DNA from: a bacterium
Lineage (GTDB): Bacteria; Zhuqueibacterota; Zhuqueibacteria; Zhuqueibacterales; Zhuqueibacteraceae
DNA: 64,000 nt
NCBI GenBank assembly: GCA_044869275.1
Contig: JBIOXB010000223.1
Span: forward strand, 120,816-184,815
Direction: 5' to 3'
A model generated the notes under the pieces. It did no database searches and was not told the origin of the DNA. It saw only the letters and a list, made by a program, of their open reading frames with translations. Of the stretch, positions 11,201 to 19,432 are shown piece after piece. The position numbers and the translations under genes are program-made. Each line of letters opens with the position of its first letter. The stretch's first letter is position 1.

Positions 11201-11569
11201 GTCGGGCTGATTGCGCTGATGGGCGTCGATGCCGAGACCGGCGTGTTCATGTTGCTCTATCTCGATCTCGCCTACGACGAGCAACGCGTCAAAGGTTTGA
11301 TGAAAACGAGGGAACACTTGCGCGAGGCGATTGTGCACGGCGCGGTGAAACGGCTGCGGCCAAAATTCATGACCGTGGCGGTGATGTTCATGGGACTCGT
11401 GCCCATCATGTGGTCGACCGGCGCCGGCGCGGATGTGATGAAGCGCATCGCCGCACCCATGGTCGGCGGCATCTTCACTTCGTTCATCATGGAACTGGTG
11501 GTGTATCCGGCGATCTACATGGTATGGCGCTGGTATTTTCATGTGCGGAAAGAGGCGAAGATTGCTTGA
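8276..11569 (+). CDS. cusA: CusA/CzcA-family heavy-metal efflux RND transporter (Cu/Ag type)
   Basis: LDAIPDLSDTQVII, NIMSLGGIAIAIGAMVDAAIV, GSEFMPPLDEG, KAGRAETATDPAP and MKRIAAPMVGG. Confidence 0.96.
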   Translation: MINKIIEYCAHNKFLVFLFVGMAVFGGMYAMNNIRLDAIPDLSDTQVIIYSRWDRSPDIMEDQVTYPIIRALLGAPRVKDIRGFSDFGFSYVYIIFEDGTDIYWARSRTLEYLSSILPRLPQGVQVELAKDATAVGWVFQYALVDTTGKHNLAQLRSIQDWFLRYEIQSIPGVAEVAPVGGFVRQYQVNLDPNAILAFKIPLETVVEAIRESNNDVGGRLVEFTGREYMVRGRGYIRSVEDVENIVVANNMETGTPILVKHLGQVVLGSDIRRGIAELDGQGETVGGIVIMRFGENAMKVIERVRARLAEIEPTLPEGVKIVTTYDRADLIERSIETLKGTLIEEMIIVSLVILIFLWHIPSALIPVITIPIAIIISFIPMYGMNITANIMSLGGIAIAIGAMVDAAIVVVEQTHKQLEHWDTEGRPGNFKDVVIGAVKEVGGPSFFALLVIAVAFVPVFALEAQEGRMFKPLAFTKNFAMVIAAVLAITLDPAIRLLFTHMKEYNFRPRWLCRITNAVLVGKIHSEEKHPISRPLMRIYEPVVRFVLRSPWPTILVAVLMVLLTVPVFFRLGSEFMPPLDEGVLLYMPTTLPGISVTEAQKLLQVQDKILKSFPEVERVFGKAGRAETATDPAPFSMMETVVVLKPHDAWPKKPRWYSSWAPDWLQSIFRRAWPDHKSTQELIYGSGGMNEALLLPGQVNAWTMPIKARIDMLTTGIRTPVGIKILGPDLQKIQELGQHIEVALTDVPGTTSVFAERTAGGYFLDFTLKREELARYGLTIGQAQMVIMSAVGGENITTTVEGRERYAVNVRYMRDYRSTVDQLGRVLVPTMNNGSTALAGAHIPLAQIADIKLLSGPGMIRDENGRLSGYVYVDIAGRDVGSYVEEAKKVVREKVQMPAGYTIMWSGQYENMQRVAEKLAVVVPITIFIIFLLLYFNTRSVAKTLIVFLAVPFSAVGAIWFLYLLDYNMSIAVWVGLIALMGVDAETGVFMLLYLDLAYDEQRVKGLMKTREHLREAIVHGAVKRLRPKFMTVAVMFMGLVPIMWSTGAGADVMKRIAAPMVGGIFTSFIMELVVYPAIYMVWRWYFHVRKEAKIA

Positions 11570-11604
11570 GAATGAGCTTCTCGGGCCTTAAATCTTTTAG
11601 CCAC

Positions 11605-11646
11605 TTTTCAACACAGAGGCACAGAGAACACAGACTTTCACGGAGA
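11605..11646 (+). repeat. Dispersed nonamer-based intergenic repeat (inverted copy at 58728-58769)
   Basis: ttttcaacacagaggcacagagaacacagactttcacggaga matches the reverse complement of 58728-58769 with 4 substitutions. Confidence 0.75.
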
Positions 11647-11695
11647 TTTCGAAAGAACTCTGCGAATTGAAACTCAATGTTGAGCGAGGGAAACT

Positions 11696-12190
11696 ATGAC
11701 AAAAAGAAATTCCCTATTCTTAATTGCGGGAGTGCTGGTCGCGGGAGTGCTGGTCTTCTTCTTCTATCCCGGCATAAGATCGACGGATGGAAATTGCAAA
11801 CTGTGCGCGGAAGAAATTCATGAAGGCATGCGTTATACCGTAGCGCTTTCGGATGGCGGTAAAATCAAAGCCTGCTGTCCCACCTGCGGTCTGCACTTGC
11901 AAGTTCACGATCCGGGCAAGGTCGCTTCCGCCTATGCCACCGACTATGCCTCCGGCAAGACTCTCGAAGCTGCTCAAGCTTTTTACGTCGAAGGCAGCGA
12001 TGCGCACCATTGTGATCCCCAGCGAGTAATGCGTAACGAGGTGGGTGGTGTCTACACCATGGACTGGCACCGATGCGATCCGGGCCTCGTCGCTTTCGGC
12101 TCACACCAGGCCGCTGCCGCCTTTGCAGCCCAGCATGGTGGGCGCGTTCTGAGTTTTGCAGAAGCGATAGCAGCTGTGAAAGCCCATTGA
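11696..12190 (+). CDS. NosL-like copper-binding protein with N-terminal membrane anchor
   Basis: CKLC...CCPTC, YATDYASGKTLEAAQAFYVEGSD and LVAF...AAAFAAQHGGRVLSF match the NosL layout. Confidence 0.75.
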   Translation: MTKRNSLFLIAGVLVAGVLVFFFYPGIRSTDGNCKLCAEEIHEGMRYTVALSDGGKIKACCPTCGLHLQVHDPGKVASAYATDYASGKTLEAAQAFYVEGSDAHHCDPQRVMRNEVGGVYTMDWHRCDPGLVAFGSHQAAAAFAAQHGGRVLSFAEAIAAVKAH

Positions 12191-12281
12191 AGATCATGCC
12201 TGCTGCAATCATCATTATTGTTTATGCGCGGCCTGGTAGTAGGCTGCGGCACTGCATTATCAAATCAAAGGAGCATCGATT

Positions 12282-12896
12282 ATGAAACACAAAATCCCTC
12301 TTCTGGTTATCGCCCCTCTATCCGTTGCGTTGAGCGGCGGCGCTTTGTTGGCGCAGGACCATCATCACGATCAGCATGGGCAGGAATCTCAAGCCGGCCA
12401 CTCGCACGCCAAGGCGGAGACTCACGGCGGCGAGGTGGCGATGACCAAAGCGCATCATTTTGAAGTCGTGTGGATGCCCGATCACGTCATGGTTTATCTT
12501 TACGACGTGAATCAAAAGCCGTTGTCGGCCAAAGGTGTCACTGGCGAAGTTGTTTTCCAATTTAAAGACGGCAAGGAAGTAAAGGCGACGCTCACTTTGA
12601 TGGAAGCCGGTAAAATGCAGATGATGAACGAGCATCATGCTGAGGGCGGCCAGCATGAGATGATGCACGGCAAAATGTCGAAGGAAGAAATGGAGGCCAT
12701 GCACGAGCTCATGTCCAATCAGGATCATCTCATGGCCAGCGTCAACCTCGAGAATGTCAGGGAAGGCGAAGCCAAAGCGTCCTTCACGCTTCAGGGTTTG
12801 CCCGACAAAGGCGAAAGCGAAGCGACGTTCACTTCAAAGTATAAAACGATGAGCACGATGCACCAAAAGTCGGAAAAGCACGAGCAGCATCATTGA
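12282..12896 (+). CDS. His/Met-rich periplasmic protein, putative copper binder
   Basis: Signal peptide ending ALLA-Q, HGGEV motif, VYLYD and a long His/Met-rich segment; AAGGAG RBS. Confidence 0.75.
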   Translation: MKHKIPLLVIAPLSVALSGGALLAQDHHHDQHGQESQAGHSHAKAETHGGEVAMTKAHHFEVVWMPDHVMVYLYDVNQKPLSAKGVTGEVVFQFKDGKEVKATLTLMEAGKMQMMNEHHAEGGQHEMMHGKMSKEEMEAMHELMSNQDHLMASVNLENVREGEAKASFTLQGLPDKGESEATFTSKYKTMSTMHQKSEKHEQHH

Positions 12897-12957
12897 ACAG
12901 AGCGCCTATTGACCGGTCACTCCGAGAGACCGGTCAATTCCCCAACCTCTTGCATTA

Positions 12958-13614
12958 ATGAGAACAACTTTTATTTTCACAACATGGCTGGCCATCGCCC
13001 TCGGCCTGTTTGCGCCACGGAGGGCGGGAGCGCAGAACCCGGCGTCTGCGCCGGATGCCATCAAGACCGGAGCCGTGCTTTACTCGGAATTGCGTTGCGG
13101 GTTCTGCCATAATGTTTCGGCCGCTGGCGTGAATGTTCCGCCCTCTCTTGCAAATGCCGGTGACAAATTTCAGACTTCATGGATTGAAACTTATCTCAAA
13201 GCCCCTTATCGCCGGCGCTGGGCGAGTATGGGTGTGCGACCGGTTCTGCGCATGCCGAATTTTCTGTTGAGTGAAAATGAAACCCGGACGCTGGCTGCTT
13301 ATCTCTCCTCGCAACACGACTCGACGCGCAGCAAAAGCCGTTCGCTTGAATTCCGGCAAAATGATTCAACTCGTGTCACGGAAGGAAAAGAGATTTACCA
13401 GGAATACGCCTGCTACGGTTGTCATAAAATCTCTGGCAATGGCGGCGAAATGGGGCCGGACTTAAGCGAAGTCGGAAGCCGATTGCAACCGGAGCATATA
13501 GCCGGGTTTTTGCAGAATCCGCAAGCGTTTATTCCAGGCAGTTCCATGAAAATTTCAGGACTTTGGGAAGAGGAAGTGCAAGCGTTGGCGGCATATTTGA
13601 TGTCGCTCAAATGA
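12958..13614 (+). CDS. Diheme c-type cytochrome
   Basis: Signal peptide; two CXXCH motifs (CGFCH, CYGCH), each with a distal Met (RMPNF, SSMK). Confidence 0.88.
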   Translation: MRTTFIFTTWLAIALGLFAPRRAGAQNPASAPDAIKTGAVLYSELRCGFCHNVSAAGVNVPPSLANAGDKFQTSWIETYLKAPYRRRWASMGVRPVLRMPNFLLSENETRTLAAYLSSQHDSTRSKSRSLEFRQNDSTRVTEGKEIYQEYACYGCHKISGNGGEMGPDLSEVGSRLQPEHIAGFLQNPQAFIPGSSMKISGLWEEEVQALAAYLMSLK

Positions 13615-13665
13615 GCTTTGAATACTGAAGCATTCAACTCAAATTCATTAGTGAGGAAGAGTCAA

Positions 13666-14145
13666 ATGAAAACGCGCCCTCTTGTTTGTTGCGTCAGTCT
13701 TGTTCTGTTCAGCGGGGTCTTCGCCCAGCCAAACAGTGACAACCAAGCCGCAGCCGTGATAGAGGTGCTGAGCAAGTACGCCGCTGCGCTGCAGAGCAAA
13801 AATCTTGCTGAAATCGAGAAGTACGTCGTCGCCACCGAGGCCTTCAGCATGTTCGAAGGCGGGCACATCAATTGGGGTTGGGCCGATTATCGCGACAATC
13901 ATCTCGGCCCCGAGCTGAAGGAATTCAAGTCCATTCAGTACGGCTTCATGGACATCAAGCCGAATGTGAGCGGCGAGGCGGCTTACGCGACACTCAGATA
14001 TCATATTGCCGTAAAAATGGAAGCACGCGACGTTGAGGGCGAGGGCTTGGCGACCGCGATATTAATGAAGACCGCCGAGGGGTGGAAGATTCAGCACATG
14101 CACACCTCGCGGATTCCACCGAAAGAGCCGGAAGAGAAAAAATGA
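13666..14145 (+). CDS. NTF2/SnoaL-like periplasmic protein
   Basis: Signal peptide; FEGG, YRDNHLGPE and GWKIQHMHTS end typical of the NTF2 fold. Confidence 0.8.
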   Translation: MKTRPLVCCVSLVLFSGVFAQPNSDNQAAAVIEVLSKYAAALQSKNLAEIEKYVVATEAFSMFEGGHINWGWADYRDNHLGPELKEFKSIQYGFMDIKPNVSGEAAYATLRYHIAVKMEARDVEGEGLATAILMKTAEGWKIQHMHTSRIPPKEPEEKK

Positions 14146-14325
14146 AAGTTGTATCGCCAGCTCACTCATGACGAGAATTATTAATTGTCGCACTGGATGT
14201 CACCGTTTGCTCTGCTGTTTCGTCTCTCTCTGTTTTCCGCGATGAAGAAAGAACTTCGCGATTTGGCAGTCATCATACAAGAAAAAAATGCAACGCGCAT
14301 TTGAATCAAACGACAAGGAGAAGTT

Positions 14326-16056
14326 ATGCAAAGGAGACAAGCGCTGCAAAAAATGCTAAGCGCGATTTCTGGCTTTGTCGCCATCGGAAATGGGTTACCG
14401 GCCAAGTTGTTTGCACAAGCGGCGACGCCGGCCGGCAATGCGCTGCGCATGCCGTCGACGATTTCCGGCGGCGTGTTGACTTTGGCGCAAAGCAACGTGG
14501 TGGTATGGCCAAATACGACGACGCAGGTCGTCGCGATCAACAACTCGTATCCCGGCCCAACCGTTCGCATTCAAAAAGGACAAACGCTCAATGTGGAGTT
14601 TCGCAACCAACTGAATCAGCCGTCCAACGTTCACTGGCATGGGCTGATCGTGCCTGAAAAGATGGATGGCCATCCCAAAGACGCGATTGCGCCCGGCAGC
14701 TCGTACACGTATACTTTTCCCATCATCCAAAGGGCGGGCACTTACTTTTATCATGCGCATCCGCATGAGCAGACGGGTGCGCAAGTCTACAAAGGTTTCG
14801 CGGGGTTTTTTATCATCGACGATCCGGACGAAGCAAAGCTCGGTCTTCCTGCTGGCAATTACGATATTCCTTTGGTTATTCAAGATCGGCGTGCGGCTTC
14901 CCAACCGCAGTTTACTTATAACCCGACGATGATGGAAGTGGTGGGCGGGTTTTTGGGCGATGTCGCTTTGGTCAACGGCACGCCCGACGCTTATCTGGAA
15001 GTGTCCCGCACGCTCTATCGCTTTCGTCTCTTGAACGGCTCGAATGCCAGAGTTTATAGGCTCGCCTTTTCCGACAACCGCGCGTTTCATGTGATTGGCA
15101 CAGACGGCGGCTTAATTGATGCGCCGGTGCCGGTAGCTTCCAGCCTTTTGTCGCCTGGTGAGCGGGTGGATATCCTTGTCGATTTTTCCTCGAGCCAACT
15201 TGGACAATCCGTCTCGCTGAAATCCTTGCCCTTTGCAGCAGGCGGCATGGGAACGTATCGGCAGGGCATCGAAATGAATTTGCTCCGCTTCGAGGTGGCG
15301 CGTTCGGAATCATCGGGCGGAAAAATTCCCGCCAGTTTGACTCCCATCGCGTATTACAATCCCAATGACGCCGCGCGTACGCGAACGTTTATGTTGACCA
15401 TGCAGATGGCGATGAATGGCATGCATCAAATCAACGGCAAAGTTTTTGAGATGAATCGTATTGATGAAACCGTGCCGCTGCGAGAACTGGAGAGATGGCA
15501 AATCGTCAATTACACCGATGAATTCCATCCGATGCACGTTCACGGCGTTTTGTTTCAGGTTTTAGATCGCAGCGGCAATCACAACCTTGCGCCGGTTGAC
15601 AAAGGCTGGAAAGATACGGTGCTCGTCAATCCGAATGAAACGGTCAACCTGCTGATCCGGTTTGACAACTATGCTGGGATTTACTTGCTGCACTGCCACA
15701 ATCTGGAGCACGAAGACGACGGCATGATGCTGAACTTGCAAGTGGCCCAAATCACCGGCGTGACGGAGGATTCGCCCTTACCGCAGCGTTACGGCCTTCT
15801 GCATCAAAATCATCCAAATCCTTTCACCCACACCACAACAATCCGGTATGAAATCGCCACGCCGCAACCGGCTGCGGTTGATTTGAGGGTTTATGACAAT
15901 CTCGGCAGGCAGGTCGCCGTGCTGGTACAGCAGCGCCAATCGTCGGGAATCTACGAAATTCCTTTTCGGGAAAATCAGCTTCCGGCAGGTGTTTATTTTG
16001 TTAAGCTTCAAGTCAATGGTTTTGTGTATTCCCAAGACATCCTATTGGCCAAGTGA
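14326..16056 (+). CDS. Multicopper oxidase (CueO-like) with Tat-like signal and C-terminal sorting domain
   Basis: HWHG, YHAHPH, HPMHVHG and HCHNLEHEDDGMM copper ligands; MQRRQAL N-terminus; QNHPNPF...GVYFVKL...LLAK C-terminus. Confidence 0.93.
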   Translation: MQRRQALQKMLSAISGFVAIGNGLPAKLFAQAATPAGNALRMPSTISGGVLTLAQSNVVVWPNTTTQVVAINNSYPGPTVRIQKGQTLNVEFRNQLNQPSNVHWHGLIVPEKMDGHPKDAIAPGSSYTYTFPIIQRAGTYFYHAHPHEQTGAQVYKGFAGFFIIDDPDEAKLGLPAGNYDIPLVIQDRRAASQPQFTYNPTMMEVVGGFLGDVALVNGTPDAYLEVSRTLYRFRLLNGSNARVYRLAFSDNRAFHVIGTDGGLIDAPVPVASSLLSPGERVDILVDFSSSQLGQSVSLKSLPFAAGGMGTYRQGIEMNLLRFEVARSESSGGKIPASLTPIAYYNPNDAARTRTFMLTMQMAMNGMHQINGKVFEMNRIDETVPLRELERWQIVNYTDEFHPMHVHGVLFQVLDRSGNHNLAPVDKGWKDTVLVNPNETVNLLIRFDNYAGIYLLHCHNLEHEDDGMMLNLQVAQITGVTEDSPLPQRYGLLHQNHPNPFTHTTTIRYEIATPQPAAVDLRVYDNLGRQVAVLVQQRQSSGIYEIPFRENQLPAGVYFVKLQVNGFVYSQDILLAK

Positions 16057-16068
16057 GGGGAATTGGTT

Positions 16069-18204
16069 ATGACTGAACACAAGAGGCCTCACCAGCCAAG
16101 TCATGCGGAGCACGCGCATCATGATCATCACAAAATGGATGAACGTAAAGCCGAGCCTCGTCACCAGCCGGATGAAAAAGCGCGCGATCATCATGCCCAT
16201 CATAAAGTTGATGGACACAAAGCCGAGCCTCATCATCCGCCGGAAGGAAAAGCGCACGATCACCATGCCCATCATGTCGAAGATTTCAGAAAACGCTTCT
16301 GGATTTCGCTGGCGCTGACCGTGCCGATTCTTGCGCTCTCCCACATGTTTTGGGAGTTGTTCGGCTTGCAGGCGCTGGAATTTCCCGGCGCGCACTACGT
16401 GCTCTTCGTTTTTTCCTCGGCAGGCTATTTTTACGGCGGCTGGCCTTTTCTCAAAGGCTTGTTCAATGAGCTGCGGCTGAAAAACCCAGGGATGATGACC
16501 CTCATCGCCGTGGCGATCACCGTGGCTTATGTTTACAGCAGCGCCGTCGTGTTCGGCCTAGCGGGCATGATTTTCTTTTGGGAAACCGCCACACTCATCG
16601 ACATCATGCTGCTCGGACATTGGATTGAAATGAAATCGGTGATGGGCGCTTCACGCGCGCTCGAAGAGCTGGCGAGATTGATGCCTGCGGATGCGCACAA
16701 GCGCATGCCCGATGGCAGCATTCAGGATGTGCCTTTGAACGAGCTGGTGGCGGGCGATCGCGTCTTGATCAAGCCGGGAGAAAAAATCGCTGCGGATGGA
16801 GAAGTGGTCGACGGCGAAACTTCCGTGAATGAAGCGATGCTCACCGGCGAATCCAAACCGGTTTACAAAACGGCCGGCGCTCAGGTTATTGGCGGCGCGA
16901 TCAACGGTGAGGGCTCGATCGTCATTGAGGTGAAAAAGACCGGCAAAGATTCGTTTCTCTCGCAAGTCATCAGGCTGGTCGAAGAGGCGCAACAAAGCAA
17001 ATCGAAGACACAGGATTTGGCCAATCGCGCCGCGCGCTGGTTGACCTTCATCGCCCTCGCTGGTGGTGCCATCACGCTTTTTGTATGGCTGGCGATCATG
17101 CACAAAGATTTTGCTTTTGCGCTCGAAAGAACCGTCACGGTGATGGTCATCACCTGCCCGCATGCCCTCGGGCTTGCCGTGCCATTAGTCGTTGCCGTTT
17201 CCACCGCGCTTTCGGCACGCAATGGTCTGTTGATCAGAAATCGCGCCGCTTTTGAACGGGCAAGAAACATTCAGGCCATTATCTTCGACAAAACCGGCAC
17301 ATTAACTGAAGGAAAATTTGGTGTCACCGATATCCTGGCTTTGGGCGGAAACCTCGATGAAAAAGAGTTGCTCAAATATGCTGCCTCAATAGAAGTTCAT
17401 TCTGAGCATCCTATTGCCAAAGGCATCGTCGCCTCAGCCTCAGAGACTTTGCCCATTGAAGGATTCAAAGCGATTCCAGGCAAAGGCGCGCAGGGCAAAG
17501 TCAACGGCGTCGAGGTGAAGGTGGTGAGTCCGGGATATCTCAGAGAGCAAAACATTTCGAGGGCAGATGGACGGCTCGAAAAACTCACGGCTCAAGGAAA
17601 AACGGTGATCTTTGTGCTGATGAATAATGAGCTCAAAGGCGCCATTGCCCTTGCCGACATCATCAGGCCGGAATCCAAGCCAGCCATCGCCAGGCTCAAA
17701 GAAATGGGCATCCGCTGCATGATGCTCACTGGCGACAACAAGCAGGTTGCCCAATGGGTTGCCGAAGAATTGCAGCTCGACGAATACTTTGCCGAAGTGT
17801 TGCCACAAGAAAAGGCTGCGAAAATCAAAGAGGTGCAATCACGTGGACTCGTGGTGGCCATGACTGGCGATGGTGTTAATGATGCTCCGGCTCTGGCTCA
17901 GGCCGATGTGGGGATCGCTATCGGCGCGGGCACGGATGTCGCTGTGGAAACTGCCGACATCATTCTCGTGCGCAGCAATCCTTTGGATGTGGTGGCCAGC
18001 ATCGGTCTGGCGCGCGCCACGTTCAAAAAGATGGTGCAGAATCTCGTCTGGGCGACAGGTTACAACGCTTTTGCCATTCCGCTTGCTGCCGGTGTGTTGT
18101 ATCGGTCCGGCATCCTCCTCAGTCCGGCGATGGGCGCCGTGCTGATGTCTCTCAGCACGGTGATCGTGGCCATCAATGCAAGATTTTTAAAAGTAGTGAA
18201 ATAA
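16069..18204 (+). CDS. copB: Copper-translocating P1B-3 ATPase (CopB type)
   Basis: His-rich N-terminus, TGES, CPHALGLA, DKTGT, SEHP, GDGVNDAP, GYN and MSLS. Confidence 0.95.
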   Translation: MTEHKRPHQPSHAEHAHHDHHKMDERKAEPRHQPDEKARDHHAHHKVDGHKAEPHHPPEGKAHDHHAHHVEDFRKRFWISLALTVPILALSHMFWELFGLQALEFPGAHYVLFVFSSAGYFYGGWPFLKGLFNELRLKNPGMMTLIAVAITVAYVYSSAVVFGLAGMIFFWETATLIDIMLLGHWIEMKSVMGASRALEELARLMPADAHKRMPDGSIQDVPLNELVAGDRVLIKPGEKIAADGEVVDGETSVNEAMLTGESKPVYKTAGAQVIGGAINGEGSIVIEVKKTGKDSFLSQVIRLVEEAQQSKSKTQDLANRAARWLTFIALAGGAITLFVWLAIMHKDFAFALERTVTVMVITCPHALGLAVPLVVAVSTALSARNGLLIRNRAAFERARNIQAIIFDKTGTLTEGKFGVTDILALGGNLDEKELLKYAASIEVHSEHPIAKGIVASASETLPIEGFKAIPGKGAQGKVNGVEVKVVSPGYLREQNISRADGRLEKLTAQGKTVIFVLMNNELKGAIALADIIRPESKPAIARLKEMGIRCMMLTGDNKQVAQWVAEELQLDEYFAEVLPQEKAAKIKEVQSRGLVVAMTGDGVNDAPALAQADVGIAIGAGTDVAVETADIILVRSNPLDVVASIGLARATFKKMVQNLVWATGYNAFAIPLAAGVLYRSGILLSPAMGAVLMSLSTVIVAINARFLKVVK

Positions 18205-18240
18205 GTGAGGCGCAAAAGATAAGAAGAAAGGAGATTATCC

Positions 18241-18417
18241 ATGCCCAAGCTCAAATGCGAAAAATGTGGCCATGAGGAAAATGTTCCCCAACATTGTGGC
18301 CAACCCATGCACCGCGAGAAGGTAAATGGCACTGACATGCTGGTTTGCTGGATGGGGCCGGAGTGTGGCAAGCAAGCCATTCCCAAACATTGCGGCGAAC
18401 CGATGGCGGTAAAATAA
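18241..18417 (+). CDS. 58-aa Cys/His-rich putative metal-binding protein (below the ORF-track cutoff)
   Basis: MPKLKCEKCGHEENVPQHCGQPMHREKVNGTDMLVCWMGPECGKQAIPKHCGEPMAVK; AAGGAG RBS just upstream; internal HCG(Q/E)PM repeat. Confidence 0.8.
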   Translation: MPKLKCEKCGHEENVPQHCGQPMHREKVNGTDMLVCWMGPECGKQAIPKHCGEPMAVK

Positions 18418-18455
18418 TCTTTTTGATCTCCAACGAGAGCACTCCATCGATTTAG

Positions 18456-18586
18456 CAGGATGCTGAAAAATTCTTTTTGAGGGCATGCCCGCGAAAGCGG
18501 GTATCCAGAAAACCCAATGAAATCATGGCTTCCCGCTTTCGCGGGGATGACAAATCCGGCCAATTTGAGACTTTTTCAGCATCCTG
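18456..18586. mobile_element. MITE with 15-bp TIRs, TTAG target duplication and an internal REP-like palindrome
   Basis: ttag|CAGGATGCTGAAAAA ... TTTTTCAGCATCCTG|ttag; internal cccgcgaaagcggg / cccgctttcgcggg. Confidence 0.85.
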
Positions 18587-18638
18587 TTAGAATCGTGAAC
18601 GGCCAAATAGTTTTTTACAAATCTGTTCAGGAGGTTTT

Positions 18639-19043
18639 ATGCAAGTATTATTGCGCCTCTCCCTCACCGTTTTCGGCGCCATGGTGATGAGCTGCAGCTC
18701 GCCTGAGCGAGAACAGAATGCAACGGCGCAACGTAAGGACGGCCCGGCTCAGATCGCTCCGGCCAGCCAGGTTGAAATCAAAGTGCCAACCATACAATGC
18801 AAGAACTGTGTGGCCAATATTGAAAAAGCGCTGAAGGGATTGGAGGACGTGCAAAGCGCCAAAGTGAATTTGGAAAGCAAGCTGGTGGCGGTGAGCTATG
18901 ACAGCAGCAAGCTGGCCCTCGGCGATTTGGAGAAAGCCATTGCGGCTGCGGGTTATGATGCGAACGATAAGAAACGCGATCCCGAGGCCTACGACATGCT
19001 TGATGCTTGTTGCAAAGAGCCTAAAGACGGCGGCGGGCATTGA
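18639..19043 (+). CDS. HMA-domain lipoprotein (CopZ/MerP-like chaperone)
   Basis: Lipobox VMSC, IQCKNC metal motif, AIAAAGYDA and C-terminal LDACC; AGGAGG RBS. Confidence 0.88.
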   Translation: MQVLLRLSLTVFGAMVMSCSSPEREQNATAQRKDGPAQIAPASQVEIKVPTIQCKNCVANIEKALKGLEDVQSAKVNLESKLVAVSYDSSKLALGDLEKAIAAAGYDANDKKRDPEAYDMLDACCKEPKDGGGH

Positions 19044-19061
19044 AGAGGCTTGGAGTGAGTA

Positions 19062-19246
19062 CCTGAATTTTGAAACGAAAGCAGAACCGCAACGAAAAAT
19101 GCCTTTAGATCCGCGATCTTCATCGAGCATGCTCAAAAACACCAAGCCACCCATTGGGTGAGTTTCCATAAAGCTTTTGAATTGAAAATCTTCCTTCGTT
19201 GCGGTTCCTTTTTCGTTGCAAGCAATTTTTAGGTGCACAATTCAGG
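19062..19246. mobile_element. 185-bp MITE-like element with 5-bp target duplication
   Basis: gagta|CCTGAATT ... AATTCAGG|gagta; internal inverted repeat gaaccgcaacgaa (19084-19096) / ttcgttgcggttc (19195-19207). Confidence 0.7.
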
Positions 19247-19432
19247 GAGTAGGGGTTCAGTGGCCAGCTTGTGGAACGCAAATACTGGCCACTCTCCACC
19301 ACTGACTTTATGGCAAATTGCCGACCTCGTCAACTACTCTGATCGAGAGGGCGTGCGGACGCCGACTGAAGGTCAAGCGGAGTCGCAGATACCGGGGAAA
19401 AATTCCCCTCAAGGCAAAATCAGGTCCAGGAG

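Noticed and set aside
11696..13614. NosL plus cytochrome c as a nitrous oxide reductase cluster
   Set aside because: No nosZ, nosD, nosF or nosY in the window; the context is copper efflux.
19245..19301. Stem ending in CTCCACCA, resembling a tRNA or tmRNA 3' end
   Set aside because: No T-loop (GTTCRA) or cloverleaf.
19325..19340. AGTTGACGAGG on the minus strand, as in the glmS ribozyme
   Set aside because: The upstream AGCGCC..ACU and downstream UUAUCGAA core are missing, and no glmS gene is nearby.
19338..19423. Glycine-riboswitch-like words (GAGAG...GAAGG...CTCAAGG) next to an alanine/glycine symporter
   Set aside because: They lie antisense to and downstream of the gene, and the core deviates from the CCGAAG / CUCUCAGG consensus.
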